Below, piece by piece: positions 32,336 to 45,100 of a stretch of DNA of 64,000 nucleotides (the stretch's first letter is position 1; each line of letters starts with the position of its first letter). Location of the stretch: assembly GCA_023205875.1 (NCBI GenBank), contig CP060755.1, positions 620,001-684,000 of the forward strand, in the 5' to 3' direction. The DNA is from Chloropicon primus. Its lineage: Eukaryota. Both the position numbers and the translations under genes were made by a program. The notes under the pieces were generated by a model. It saw only the letters and a list, made by a program, of their open reading frames with translations. It was not told the origin of the DNA and did not search any database.

Positions 32336-33102
32336 ATAAAGTATAATGAAACGATTTGCCCGAACCGTTCAAATGGATCCTTATTTTTGTTTTTCGTTCC
32401 TTGTGATCTTGATCTCTCTCACGTCGTCGTTCTTCTTGACCGGACGGGAGGACAGGACGGCATCCCTCTCTCCCTCTGGTCCCTCCTCCCAGTTTTCGGA
32501 TCTTGGGATGGATCCTCTTCCCTCCTCCTCCTCCTCTCTCTCTCTCGAGAAGAGAAGTCAACAAATCCTCCTGGTTTCTCGCGCGAGCCTTGGCTCCTCT
32601 CTCCCCAAGAAGGAAACGAAGAAGAAATTTGAAAATCAAAGACAATCCATCAATCCAGAGGGACGAGAGGGTGTAACTCGGGAGGAGGGGCGATCGGTCG
32701 CACCACTGTGCTGAGGACACAGGAGAGAGAGAGAGAGTTCAAAGGCAGTGACTCGTGGGGTCCCGTCCCCAAAGATTCAATCTTTGGCTTGAACCCAACC
32801 CACCCCTGGCTGGGCGTTCCTTGGGGCTTTACCCTTGGCTTGGGTTGGCTTGCCACTGGGGAGCGAGCGCAGGAACAAGCGACAACAGTGTTGTCTCTCG
32901 TGGACCACCTTGGCCAAGGTTGGTGGTGGCTCTACTGTGCTCTACTGGACTTGGGGCTTGGTCAGACATGAGCAAGGTGCCATTGGTGGAAGGGTATTGT
33001 TATCGTACACTCTCTTGAGCGCCTTGGTCAATTGCAGTTGAACCGAGCACAAGGAAAGGCATTTGCGACTGACCTAGGTTCGCAGGAGAGGAGGTGGTGA
33101 AG

Positions 33103-36100
33103 ATGGTCACGACACCGAGTAAGAACAATGTGAGGCCCGCGAAAGGCGGGTTCAGGCCGAAGGCGAGGTTCGACCTGAACAAGGAAGTCCCGGGGAACGG
33201 CGTGAACGGGAACGGGGCCCACCAGCCGGTGGAGGTCAATGACGCGAGCCCTGGCGCGGACGCCGAGGGAAGACTCGACTTCATTTCGCCGTCCGAGCCC
33301 AAGGTCATGATTCCGTACAAGACCAAGCCCGGCGAGGTTCCCAGGCAGGTCCAGATCGAGAGGAAGAAGAGGCTCTTCGCGCTTCAGGACATCTCCAAGC
33401 TGCTCGACGACGAGGACGTTGATTTGTCGGACAAGGACATGCGTGGCATGGGAAAGAAGTTGAAGATTGAGACGTTCGATAACACGACCTACGAGACGAG
33501 GAACCAGAGGGAGTGGTGCCCGCTAGACAAGACTTCGACTTCCACAGAGACTGAAGCGACGGCTGCGAGAAAGGGGCAGTTTGACACCCTCAGCTGGGTT
33601 CCGTGCACGGTGGTCGACACGAACGAGGCTGAGAACACCTACCTCGTGAGGTATGAGGACACCAAGGAGGAGGCTTGGCTGCCCAGGATGTACATCTGCT
33701 TCAGAGCGGAGGATCCCTTCTTGTTCGCCAAAAGGGTCGCCGAGTCGGTCCAGCAGAGAAAGTTGTCCGAGGTGCAGCTGCGCTACAACTTCTTTATAGA
33801 CAACATGCCCACGGAAGACATCCCGCCTCTCACGAACGAGCAGGTGAACAGGGTCCTCGTGTACGCCCTGAACTCGAAGAAGCTGAAGGACAAGTTGATG
33901 GACACGTCCCAGCTCATCAACGAGGTCAACATTGACTTTGCACGGACGATGAACAAGCTTATCTTCGACAAGATCAACGAGAGGGAAAAGAAAGCGAAGG
34001 ACAGCTCCATCCTTTCGATCGATGACATGTTTGACGTGGATCCAAAGGCAGAAGTACCGGAGTCTGGGACGTACCCGATCCCACTTTATGACTTCCCGGA
34101 CCAGTTCAGCGAGTTCTCTTTCCACACGTTTCTCACGAAGCCAGAAGTGATCTCGGCGATCGTGAAGGTCAAGTCAGAGGGCCTGAAGATACAAAAGATG
34201 AACATCTTCAACATTCACTACACGAAGAGTTCAAAGCTGCAGGAGTTCGAGCAGGCGCAGGGGCAGGCGACGGACCAGGTCTCGAACCAGGTGAAGGAGA
34301 CTTGGATCCTCACCCTGAAGAACTTGATCAGGAGTTCCTTCAAGGACGTCGGGAAGGGCTGGTTCAACTTGAACGAGCAGAACCAGGAGACCTACGAGTT
34401 CTCGAAGCTCAAGAAGTTCCTGAGAGTTGTCAGATTCATGATGGAGGACACCCTCCGCATACTGGTGGAGAGCTCCTACGAGAAGTTTGTGAACTTCATC
34501 GAGGCGGAGTGCAATTGCACCGTCGACATCGTGTCGCCGGCAAAGGTCGTTGTCCAAAAGTCTTCAGACAAGAAGCGAAAAGTGCCTCTCTTCTCTGTCG
34601 AGTTGGCGATGGACAGTGAGAACTTCTGCTTTCACTACAGCACTCCTCTTGACAAGTTCCTTTCCGCCATTTTGAAGGTGTTCGAGCAAGGCATCACGTC
34701 GCTCCAAGGGATTCCTAGCATCGAGCCATCGATCATGGAGAACCTGTTCTGGGGAAGCATCCCCATCCTCAACGCGGTCCACCCGATGGAAGTCAAGGTT
34801 GCTGCTGCAAGGGAAGAGTTGAAAAACACTGTGAACTTTTCTCTTGTTGCGCTGAACGCGTACCTGAAGCAGTACGAGAAGTACAACCACCTCCTCGAGC
34901 TGGATGTGAACCAGTTCTGCTCGGACTTGAGCAGTCGCGAGGACATCAGCCTAGACGTCCTTAAGAAGACGATCACGGAGGGCGAAGAGTACCTGGTTCA
35001 CTTGAAGAGCTCCATCCCGTCAAGCATTGTTGTGGGCTCGTACATGGTGAACACCAACAAGGTCAGAGAGTTCCTCATCACGAAACAGAGCGATCTCATT
35101 GCCAAGGTGAAAGATGTGGTGGTGGAGATTCCGAAGAAGAGGGTGAGGGAGATTTGCCAAAAGTACGAGGATATTGACAGGAAGTTGAAGGTCAAGACTC
35201 AGAAGCCAGAAGACGTTGACGACATGAGAAGGCTTATGGAGACTGTCCCTTCCAAGAACGCAGAGTTGAGGGAAGAGATCATGTCTCTCAATGATTACTA
35301 CGCGTGCTTGCACGACATGAGGTACAACTTGAGCGAGTCCGACTCTCAGAGCAAGTTCGTTGGCAGCTTCTGGGGCGTTAAGATCGAGAGACTCTTGGAG
35401 TCTACCTCGGAATCGATGGACAAGGACCAGGAGCGCTACGAGGATGAGATGGAGGAGGAGCAAGATAGCTTCCAAGCAACGATCGAGACTCTCACGGACA
35501 CCGTGGACAAGTTTTCCCAGTACACCGACCTCAGCAAGGTGGACTATGTCCACGACGACGTCCAGCAAATCAGTCAGCAGTTGAAGAAGGCCCAAGATGA
35601 CGCGAACTTGTTCAACAGGCGCGAGGGGCTCTTCCAAAAGGCGATCACCGACTACTCGCACCTGCAGAAGGTCACGACGCAGTTCGAGCCTTTCCAGCAA
35701 CTCTGGAAGTACGCCGCGGCGTGGAAGTCTTGGGAGAACGAGTGGATGAACGGCGTCTTTGTGAAGTTGAACCCCGAGAACGTGGACAGAAACGTGAACG
35801 TCTCGATCAAGAGCTTGCACAAGACAGCGAAGGCCTTCACGAACAAGGGCTTGGACAAGTGCGCAGAAAACTGCCACACGACCAAGGCCAAGATAGAGGA
35901 CTTCATGAAGTACGTCCCGATCATGGCCGCCTTGAGGAACCCCGGAATGAGAGACCGTCATTGGGAGCAAATAAGCGAGGAGATCAAGAAGGAGCTGAAT
36001 CCGGATGAGACCTTCACCTTGAAGATGGGCCTTGAGATGGGCATCATGGACCACGAGGAGAGGATCATCAAGATCGCTGACATCGCAGGAAAGGAGTTTT

Positions 36101-39100
36101 CGATCGAGCAGGCCTTGGACAAGATGCAACAGGAGTGGAGCACAGTCGAGCTGGAACTGAAGGAGTACAGAGAGACTGGTACGTACGTTGTCAAGGTCGA
36201 TGAGAACATCATCCAGCAGCTCGACGACCACATTGTGATGTCTCAATCCATGAGCTTTTCTCCCTACAAGAAGCCGTTCGAGGAGAGGATCACAAACTGG
36301 GAGCAGCAGCTCAGCCTTGTCAGCGAAGTCATCGACGAGTGGATCCAGCTCCAGCGCCAGTGGATGTACCTGGAACCAATTTTCAACAGTGAAGACATTC
36401 AGCACCAGCTTCCGTTAGAAAGTAAGAGGTTTTCTTCCGTCGACAGGATGTGGAGAAAGACCTTGCAACAGGCGTACATGACTCCACACATTCTCACGAT
36501 GTGCTCCTCTCAGAAGCTGCTTGAGACGTACATCGAGAGCAACAAAATGCTCGACTCTGTTCAGAAGGGTCTTGCCGACTACCTCGAGACGAAGAGGCTC
36601 GCTTTCGCGAGATTCTTCTTCTTGTCAAATGACGAGCTGCTCCAGATTCTTTCCCAGACGAAGAATCCTCTTGCTGTTCAGCCGCACTTGAGAAAATGTT
36701 TCGAGGCCATCTCGACGCTGGACTTTGCGGACGACCTCGAGATCAGCGCCATGAACTCCAAGGAGGGCGAGAGGATTCCTTTCGACAAGAGCATGTACCC
36801 CAAAGGAAATGTGGAGAACTGGCTCGGTGAAGTGGAAGAGAGGATGAAGGCTTCCGTGAGGATGCAAACGGAAGTATCGATCTACGATTATGCAGAGAAG
36901 GAGAGAACCCAGTGGGTGCGTGACTGGCCAGCAATGGTTGTGCTGTCGGGAAGTGCGATCCACTGGTGCCAAGGAGTTGAGACCGGGATCAAGGAAAGCG
37001 GCCTGAAGAGCTTCCAAGAGAAAGCCCTTGCTGAGCTGTACGACATGACAGCGCTTGTCAGGGGAAAGCTGTCCAAACTGGAGAGAATGTCCCTTGGAGC
37101 CCTCATCACGATTGATGTCCACGCCAGGGACGTCGTCCAGAACCTCGTGGATGCCAACATCACTGCCATCACGGACTTCGAGTGGGTGAGCCAGCTGCGT
37201 TACTACTGGAAGGAGAGAGAGGGCACCACGGGCCAGGCAGAGTGCTGGGTCGAGATGGTGCAGGCAAGCATCTGCTATGGCTACGAGTACCTCGGGAACT
37301 CCCCTCGACTCGTTATTACGCCTCTCACGGATCGTTGCTACATGACTTTGATGAGTGCCATGCACATTAACCTGGGAGGTGCGCCTGCTGGACCAGCGGG
37401 CACGGGCAAGACGGAGACGACGAAAGATCTCGCAAAGGCGATGGCCAAGCAGTGCGTCGTGTTCAACTGCTCTGACGGGTTGGATTACATTGCTATGGGT
37501 AAATTCTTCAAAGGACTGGCCTCGTCCGGAGCCTGGGCGTGCTTCGACGAGTTCAACAGAATCGACCTCGAGGTCCTCTCTGTGATCGCTCAGCAGATTC
37601 TCACCATTCAGCTGGCGATCCAGCAGAAGGTCCAGCGTTTCATTTTCGAGGACACTGAAATTGGGTTGAACCCTGCCTGCAACGTGTACATCACGATGAA
37701 CCCCGGTTATGCGGGAAGGTCCGAGCTGCCTGATAACCTGAAGGCGCTGTTCAGGCCTTGCGCTATGATGGTTCCCGACTATTCCCTGATCGGAGAGATC
37801 TCCCTTTACTCGTTTGGTTTCCAGAACGCGAAAGCTCTGGCCAAGAAAATGGTTGCCACGTTCAAGCTGTGCTCGGAGCAGCTCTCCAGCCAAGACCACT
37901 ACGATTATGGCATGAGGGCAGTCAAGTCGGTGATCACGGCAGCTGGAAACCTGAAGAGGGACTACCCAGACGATGACGAGGAAGTTCTTTTGTTGCGAGG
38001 TCTCAAGGACGTGAACGTGCCAAAGTTCCTGTCTCACGATCTTCCCCTTTTCAACGGCATCATCTCTGACCTGTTCCCTGGCGTGGAGCAGCCAAACATC
38101 CAGCACGACAAGCTCATTGAGGCGATCCACGAGAGTTGCAAGGAGCTTGGCCTCCAGCCAGTGGACTCTTTCGTGAGCAAGGTCATTCAACTTTACGAGA
38201 CGACCCTGGTGAGGCACGGGCTTATGCTTGTTGGGCCCACAATGGGAGGAAAGACGTCCAACTGGAAGAGTCTTTCCAGGGCAATGACCAAGCTCGTGGG
38301 CGTCGACGAGTTCCAAAAGGTGAGAGTCTACCCTCTGAACCCCAAGAGCATCACGATGGGACAGTTGTACGGTGAATTCGATGACAACACTCACGAGTGG
38401 ACGGACGGGGTCCTGGCCTGTTACATGAGAGAGTGCAGTGAGGACACCAAGCCGGACAAGAAGTGGATCATGTTCGACGGTCCTGTGGACGCAATCTGGA
38501 TCGAGAACATGAACACGGTGCTGGACGACAACAAAAAGCTCTGCCTTGTGAGTGGTGAGATCATTCAGCTTTCATCCGCGATGACGATGATGTTCGAAGT
38601 CGAGGATCTCGCCGTCGCGTCTCCTGCCACAGTGAGTCGCTGCGGCATGATTTACGTCGAGCCCACGACCATGGGATTCACGCCCCTCCTCGACTCCTGG
38701 ATCGAGACTTTGCCTGACTTTGCTGCTGGCAAAGGGGAGGTCATGAAGGAAATCTTTCTCGGAGTGGTTCCGGATGCCATCTATCTCGTGAGGAAGCAGC
38801 TGAAGGAGACGGTCACAACCACGGACAACAACTTGGTCACGTCCATCTTTAAGATCATGAGCTCGATGCTGAAGCCCTTCATCCGCAAGGAGGGCGAGGA
38901 CCCTTTGACGGAAGAGGTTTTGGGCCAGATACAGGACATGATGGTTCCGTACTTCATCTTTTCCATTGTGTGGTCCGTTGGCTGCTCTTGCGACGCCAAG
39001 GGAAGGGTGGTGTTCGACAAGTACTTCAGGGAGAAGGTTCTGTCGGTGAAGGCCCATGTCCCTGATTCGGCCATGATGCCCACGGACAAGTCAGTCTACG

Positions 39101-42100
39101 ACTGGTGCTGGGATCAGAACGAGATGGGATGGGTCGAGTGGATGAAGACGATTCCTGAGTTCAAGGCCGACCCTGACATGCCCTTCGCGGAAATGGTCAT
39201 CCCAACCATTGATACGGTGAGGTACGGGTATGTCGTCAACACTCTGGCAAGGAACAACAAGCACGTTCTTTGTGTCGGTGAGACTGGAACTGGAAAGACT
39301 TTGATCGTCTCGAGCAAGCTGATGAGCGGAATGCCCAAGGAGTACATTCCTATCTTCATGACGTTCTCTGCCAGGACGAGCGCGAATCAGACTCAGGATC
39401 AGATCGACGCGAGGATGGAAAAGAGGAGGAAAGGTGTTTTCGGCCCGCCTACGGGAAAGAAATACGTTTTCTTTATCGACGACTTGAACATGCCCCTGCG
39501 TGAGAAGTACTTTGCGCAGCCCCCAATCGAAGTTGTCCGCCAGTGGATGGATTACTCTGGCTGGTACGACAGGAAGCCCCCGTGCGCGTTCAGGCAGTTG
39601 ATTGACATGCAGTTCATAGCCGCCATGGGCCCACCGGGCGGAGGAAGAAACCCTGTCACCAACCGGCTCTTGAGGCACTTCAACTTCATCAGTTTCACTG
39701 ACATGTCAGAGGAAACCTTGTGCAGAATCTTCGAAACGATCCTGTCGTCCTTCGTGACGAAGTACATGGGCAATCTGTCCGAGCTGGTCCATCCGATCAT
39801 CACGAGCACGGTTGGAATGTACAACACCGTGAGAACGGAATTGCTGCCGACGCCATCCAAGAGTCACTACACGTTCAACTTGCGTGACCTCGGAAAGGTC
39901 TTCCAGGGAACCATGCGTGCGAATCCAAAGGTTATTTCTAACGAAGCGGGGTTCGTCTGTCTCTGGCTTCACGAGCTCCAGAGGGTCTTCAAGGATCGCT
40001 TGATCAACAACGAGGACAGGGACTGGTTCCTTGAGCTCCAGAAGAAGCACATCAAGGAGCACTTGAACATGGAGTGGTCGGACACGGTCACGACGCAGAG
40101 CTTGATCTTTGGGGACTACTTCATTCCTGGCGCAGACCCCAAGATCTACCAGCAGGTTACTGACGTGGACAAGCTCATCAGCGTGATCAACGAGTACTTG
40201 GAGGATTACAATTCAGTCTCAAACGCTCCGATGAACCTGGTTATGTTCTTGGACGCGATCGAGCACGTGTCGAGGGTCTGCAGAGTGATTGGTCTGCCCC
40301 TTGGAAACGCTCTGCTCCTCGGAGTGGGTGGAAGTGGTCGACAGAGTTTGACGAAACTGGCGGCCAGCATAGAAGACTACCAGCTGTTCCAGATCGAAAT
40401 CAGCAAGCAGTACGGTCAGAACGAATGGAGAGATGACCTGAAGACTGTTCTGAAGAAGGCTGGAATGGACGGGGAGAACGTCGTCTTCCTTTTTACAGAC
40501 ACCCAAATCGTTCAAGAATCCTTCCTGGAGGACATCAACAACGTTCTCAACTCGGGCGAGGTGCCAAACCTTTGGGGCACTGATGACATCGAGCAAATCA
40601 ACGGGGCCATGAGGCCACTGATGCAGCAGCAGGGGATCCAGCAGATCACAAAGCCTGCTATCGCTTCGTTCTTCACGAACAGGGTGAGGTCCAACCTTCA
40701 TGTGGTCCTGTGCTTCTCCCCCGTCGGCGACGTGTTCAGGCAGCGCCTGCGTATGTTCCCTGCTCTGGTCAACTGTTGCACAATCGACTGGTTCGCGGAG
40801 TGGCCACGGGAAGCATTGGCGTCTGTCTGCAAGTATTTCATGACCGACGTCGAGCTCGGAGAGAGCGAGACCAACATGCTGCAGGGAGTTGTGGACTCTT
40901 GCGTGTACATCCACCAATCCGTGGAGAGGAAGTCCAAGAAGTACCTCGAGGAGCTCAGGAGGCACAACTATGTCACGCCAACATCGTATCTCGAGCTGCT
41001 TGGGACGTTCTTGAAGGTCCTGGGCGAGAAGAAGAACGAGCTGGGGACGGTAAAGACGCGCCTTTCTGTGGGTCTTGACAAGCTCAACAACACCACGACC
41101 GAAGTCGAGAAAATGAAGGAGGATCTGAGAAACCTTCAGCCGGTGCTGACCAAGACGCAGAAGGAGGTGGAAGAGATGATGGTTGTCATCACCAAGGACA
41201 AGAAGGAAGCAGACGAGACCAAGAAGATTGTGACGGTCCAGGAAGCCGAGGCAAATGAGCAGGCTGCGACTGCCAAGGCAATCAAGGATGACGCCGAGGC
41301 CGATCTGGCCAAAGCCCTTCCCGCTCTTGATGCCGCCCTGGAGAGCCTGAAGAACCTCAGTAGGGCAGACATTGTCGAGGTCAAAGCTTTGAAGAATCCA
41401 CCAGAGGGAGTGCGACTTGTGATGGAAGCCACGTGCATTATGTTCGAAGAGAAGCCAAAGATGGTCGCGGATCCAAACAGAATGGGAAAGAAGATTCCGG
41501 ACTATTGGGAGAACGCAACCAAGCTTCTCGCGGACCCCACGAGGTTCCTCACCATGCTTACTGAGTTCGACAAGGACAACATAAAGAACTCAGTCATCAC
41601 AAAGATCGAGCCGTACATGAACAACGATGCTTTCACCCCAGAAGCTGTGGCGAGGGTGAACAAAGCATGCACGTCGATCTGTATGTGGGCGAGGGCCATG
41701 TACACGTACCATCAGATCGCTCTGCAAGTCGAGCCAAAGCGTGCAGCACTCAAGGAGGCTGAGGCTGCTGCAGCTAGGGCTGCTTCGACGCTGGCCGAGG
41801 CGCAAGCGAGCTTGAGAGAAGTCGAGGAGAAAATTGCGAAGCTGGAGGCGGATTATGACAAGGCGGTCACCAAGCAAGACGAGCTTGCGAAAGAGGTGAG
41901 CGATTGCAAAGTCAAGCTGGAAAGGGCCGAGAAGCTGATCGGTGGTCTGGGAGGCGAGAGGGTGCGCTGGACAGAGACGGTCGAGGCCTTGACGAAGGCG
42001 TTGGTCAACGTTATTGGTGACGCTGTCGTCAGTTCGGGTGTAATTGGGTATTCGGGGCCCTTCACGCCCATGTACCGCCAGGAGCTCGTCAAGGAATGGA

Positions 42101-45100
42101 ACGAAGCTCTTGACAAGTTCGGAATCCCCCACACGGAAGGCACGAACATCATATCCTGCCTGCAGGACCCTGTGCAGGTCCGGTCCTGGAATATCGCAGG
42201 TCTGCCCTCGGATGCCCAGTCCACGGAGAATGCGATCATTCTGAGCAAAGCCCGCCGCTGGCCTCTCATGATTGACCCCCAGGGCCAGGCCAACAACTGG
42301 ATCAAGAACATGGAAAAGGACAGGGGACTCGATGTCATCAAACTCAGTGAGAAGGACTACCTGAGAACTTTGGAGAACGGCGTGCGGTTCGGCCGTGCCG
42401 TCCTTTTGGAGAACATCGGGGAAGAGCTTGAGGCGGCCCTCGAGCCACTGCTTCTCAAGCAGGTGTTCAAGGATGGTAGCAACGACGTGATCAAGATTGG
42501 CGACAACGTCATTCCTTACCACGCCGACTTTTCGTTCTACATGACTACCAAGCTCAGGAACCCTCATTATTCTCCCGAAATCAGTGTCAAGGTGTCCATC
42601 TTGAACTTCTTGGTCACCCCAGAGGGACTTGAGGACCAGTTGCTTGGCATCGTGGTGACCCAGGAGCGCCCCGACCTCGCTGAGATGAAGAACCAGCTCG
42701 TGATCAGCAACGCGAAGATGAAGAAGGAGTTGAAGGAAATCGAGGACAAGATTCTTTTCTTGCTCAGCAACTCGCAGGGCAACATTCTTGATGACGAGGA
42801 GCTGATTGACACTCTCGCCAAGTCGAAAGTCACCTCGAATGAGATTTCTGCCAAGGTGGCGGAAGCAGAGAAGACCGAGAAAGAAATTGATGCGACGAGG
42901 GAGCTGTATCGACCCGTGGCGATCAGGTCCAGTTTGCTCTTCTTCTGCATTTCTGATCTGGCCCTCATGGACCCCATGTACCAGTATTCACTCACTTGGT
43001 ACATTGACCTCTTCATCCGTGGCATTGCTGCTTCAGAGACTTCAGATGACATCGAAGTGAGAGGAAAGAACCTGAATGACTACTTCACTCTTTCCCTGTA
43101 CAACAACATTTGTAGATCACTCTTTGAGGACCACAAGCTTCTGTTCTCGTTCACGCTGTCTATCAAGATATTGAAGCACAGAGGGGTCATCGATGACCAT
43201 GACTGGAGATTCTTGCTCTCAGGAGCCACGAGTGAGGATAAGTCAAAGCCAAATCCTGCGCAAGAGTGGCTGACCGACCAGAACTGGAACGAAATCGTGA
43301 ACTTGTCCAAGATCCCGAACTTTGAAGGGTTCGCGGACGATTTCACGGCAAACATAGGTGTCTACAAGACCCTGTTTGACTCGAACGATGCCCATCGCGA
43401 GGAGTTCTCCCCCCTGTTCCAAGAGAAGCTGACTTCCTTCCAGAGGTTGTGCGTTCTCAAGTGCATCAGGGCGGACAAGGTCGTCTTGGCCATTCAGGAC
43501 TTCATCTCAAAGGAGATGGGGCAGCAGTTCATCGAGCCTCCGGCCTTTGACTTGGGCATCTGCTACAAGGAGTCCCAGAACCTTGTTCCTCTGATTTTCG
43601 TGCTGAGCTCCGGCGCAGATCCCATGGCCGATCTCTTGAAGTTTGCGGACGAGATGAAATTCTCCAGGAAGTTCGACAAGGTTTCTCTTGGCCAAGGGCA
43701 GGGTGCCAAGGCAAAGAAGCTCTTGAGCAACGGCATGGAGCGCGGGCTTTGGGTCTGCCTCCAGAACTGCCACTTGGCAGGAAGCTGGATGCCGTCCCTG
43801 GAAAGGATACTGGAGACGACTGACCCGAAAACGGTGCACAAGGACTTCAGACTGTGGTTGACTTCCATGCCAAGCGAGACTTTCCCCGTTCTGATTCTGC
43901 AGAATGGCGTCAAGATGACACTGGAACCACCAAAGGGTCTGAAGAGCAACCTTACTCGGTCTTACAACAGGATCACGGACAACTACGTGAACGAGTGCTC
44001 CAAGCCAGACGAGTTTAGAAAACTGATGTTCGGCCTCTGCTTGTTCCATGCCGTCATTCAGGACAGGAGGAAGTTTGGCCCCTTGGGCTGGAACATCCGA
44101 TACGGGTTCACGGACGGGGATCTGAACGTGTGCCAGACTCAAATGAAGATGTTCCTCTCCGATTACGACGAGATTCCTTATCGCGTGCTGAGGTTCATGT
44201 GCTCAGAGATCAATTATGGAGGAAGGGTCACGGATGACAAGGACCGCCGCCTGATTAACAACCTCCTGGAAACGTTCATCAACGAGAACTTGCTGATGGA
44301 AGGCTATCAGTTCTCTGATTCTGGTGTGTACAAAGTGCCAGGAGCGGAAAACATCAATGGGTACCAGTCCTTCATCAGCGACTTGCCTATTGTCCCACAC
44401 CCAGAGATTTTCGGGCTCCACGAGAACGCAGACATTACCTGTGACTTGAACGAAACAACCAGCCTGTTCACGACTGTGCTGTCCATCCAGCCCCGAGTGG
44501 GAGGAGGCAGCGGGTTGTCCAGAGAAGAAATTGTTTCTAAACTTGCTGCGGACATCTTGTCGAAAACTCCAGGAGTGTTTGACACAGATGTGGTCTACAA
44601 GAAGTATCCTACGAGGCACGACGAGAGTATGAACACTGTCTTGAACCAGGAGTGCCTCAGGTACAACAACCTGTTGGCAGTGATGAAAAAGAGCTTGGAG
44701 AACTCCATCAAGGCCCTCAAGGGTCTTGTTGTGATGTCCCCTGACCTGGAGGCGGTGACAACTTCGCTGTTCAACAATCAGGTCCCCGATATGTGGGCAG
44801 GCAAGGCTTACCCGAGTCTCAAGCCGCTCTCTGGTTGGGTCACGGATCTGCTGGCGAGAGTCGAGTTCATCAGCCAGTGGATCAACACGGGAAACCCAGC
44901 GATCTACTGGATCTCCGGTTTCTTCTTCCCCCAGGCCTTCCTCACGGGAACCCTCCAAAACTTTGCGAGAAAAATGATGTTCTCCATTGACACCGTCAGC
45001 TTCTCTTTCCGGGTCATGGACACCCTGAGCGAGAAGACCACGACTTCCGGGCCCACGGATGGGTGCTACATCAGGGGTCTGTACCTCGAGGGCGGGCGCT

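Noticed and set aside
32769..32787. Perfect small palindrome ccaaagatt-c-aatctttgg upstream of dynein
   Set aside because: A single short hairpin; insufficient evidence of function.
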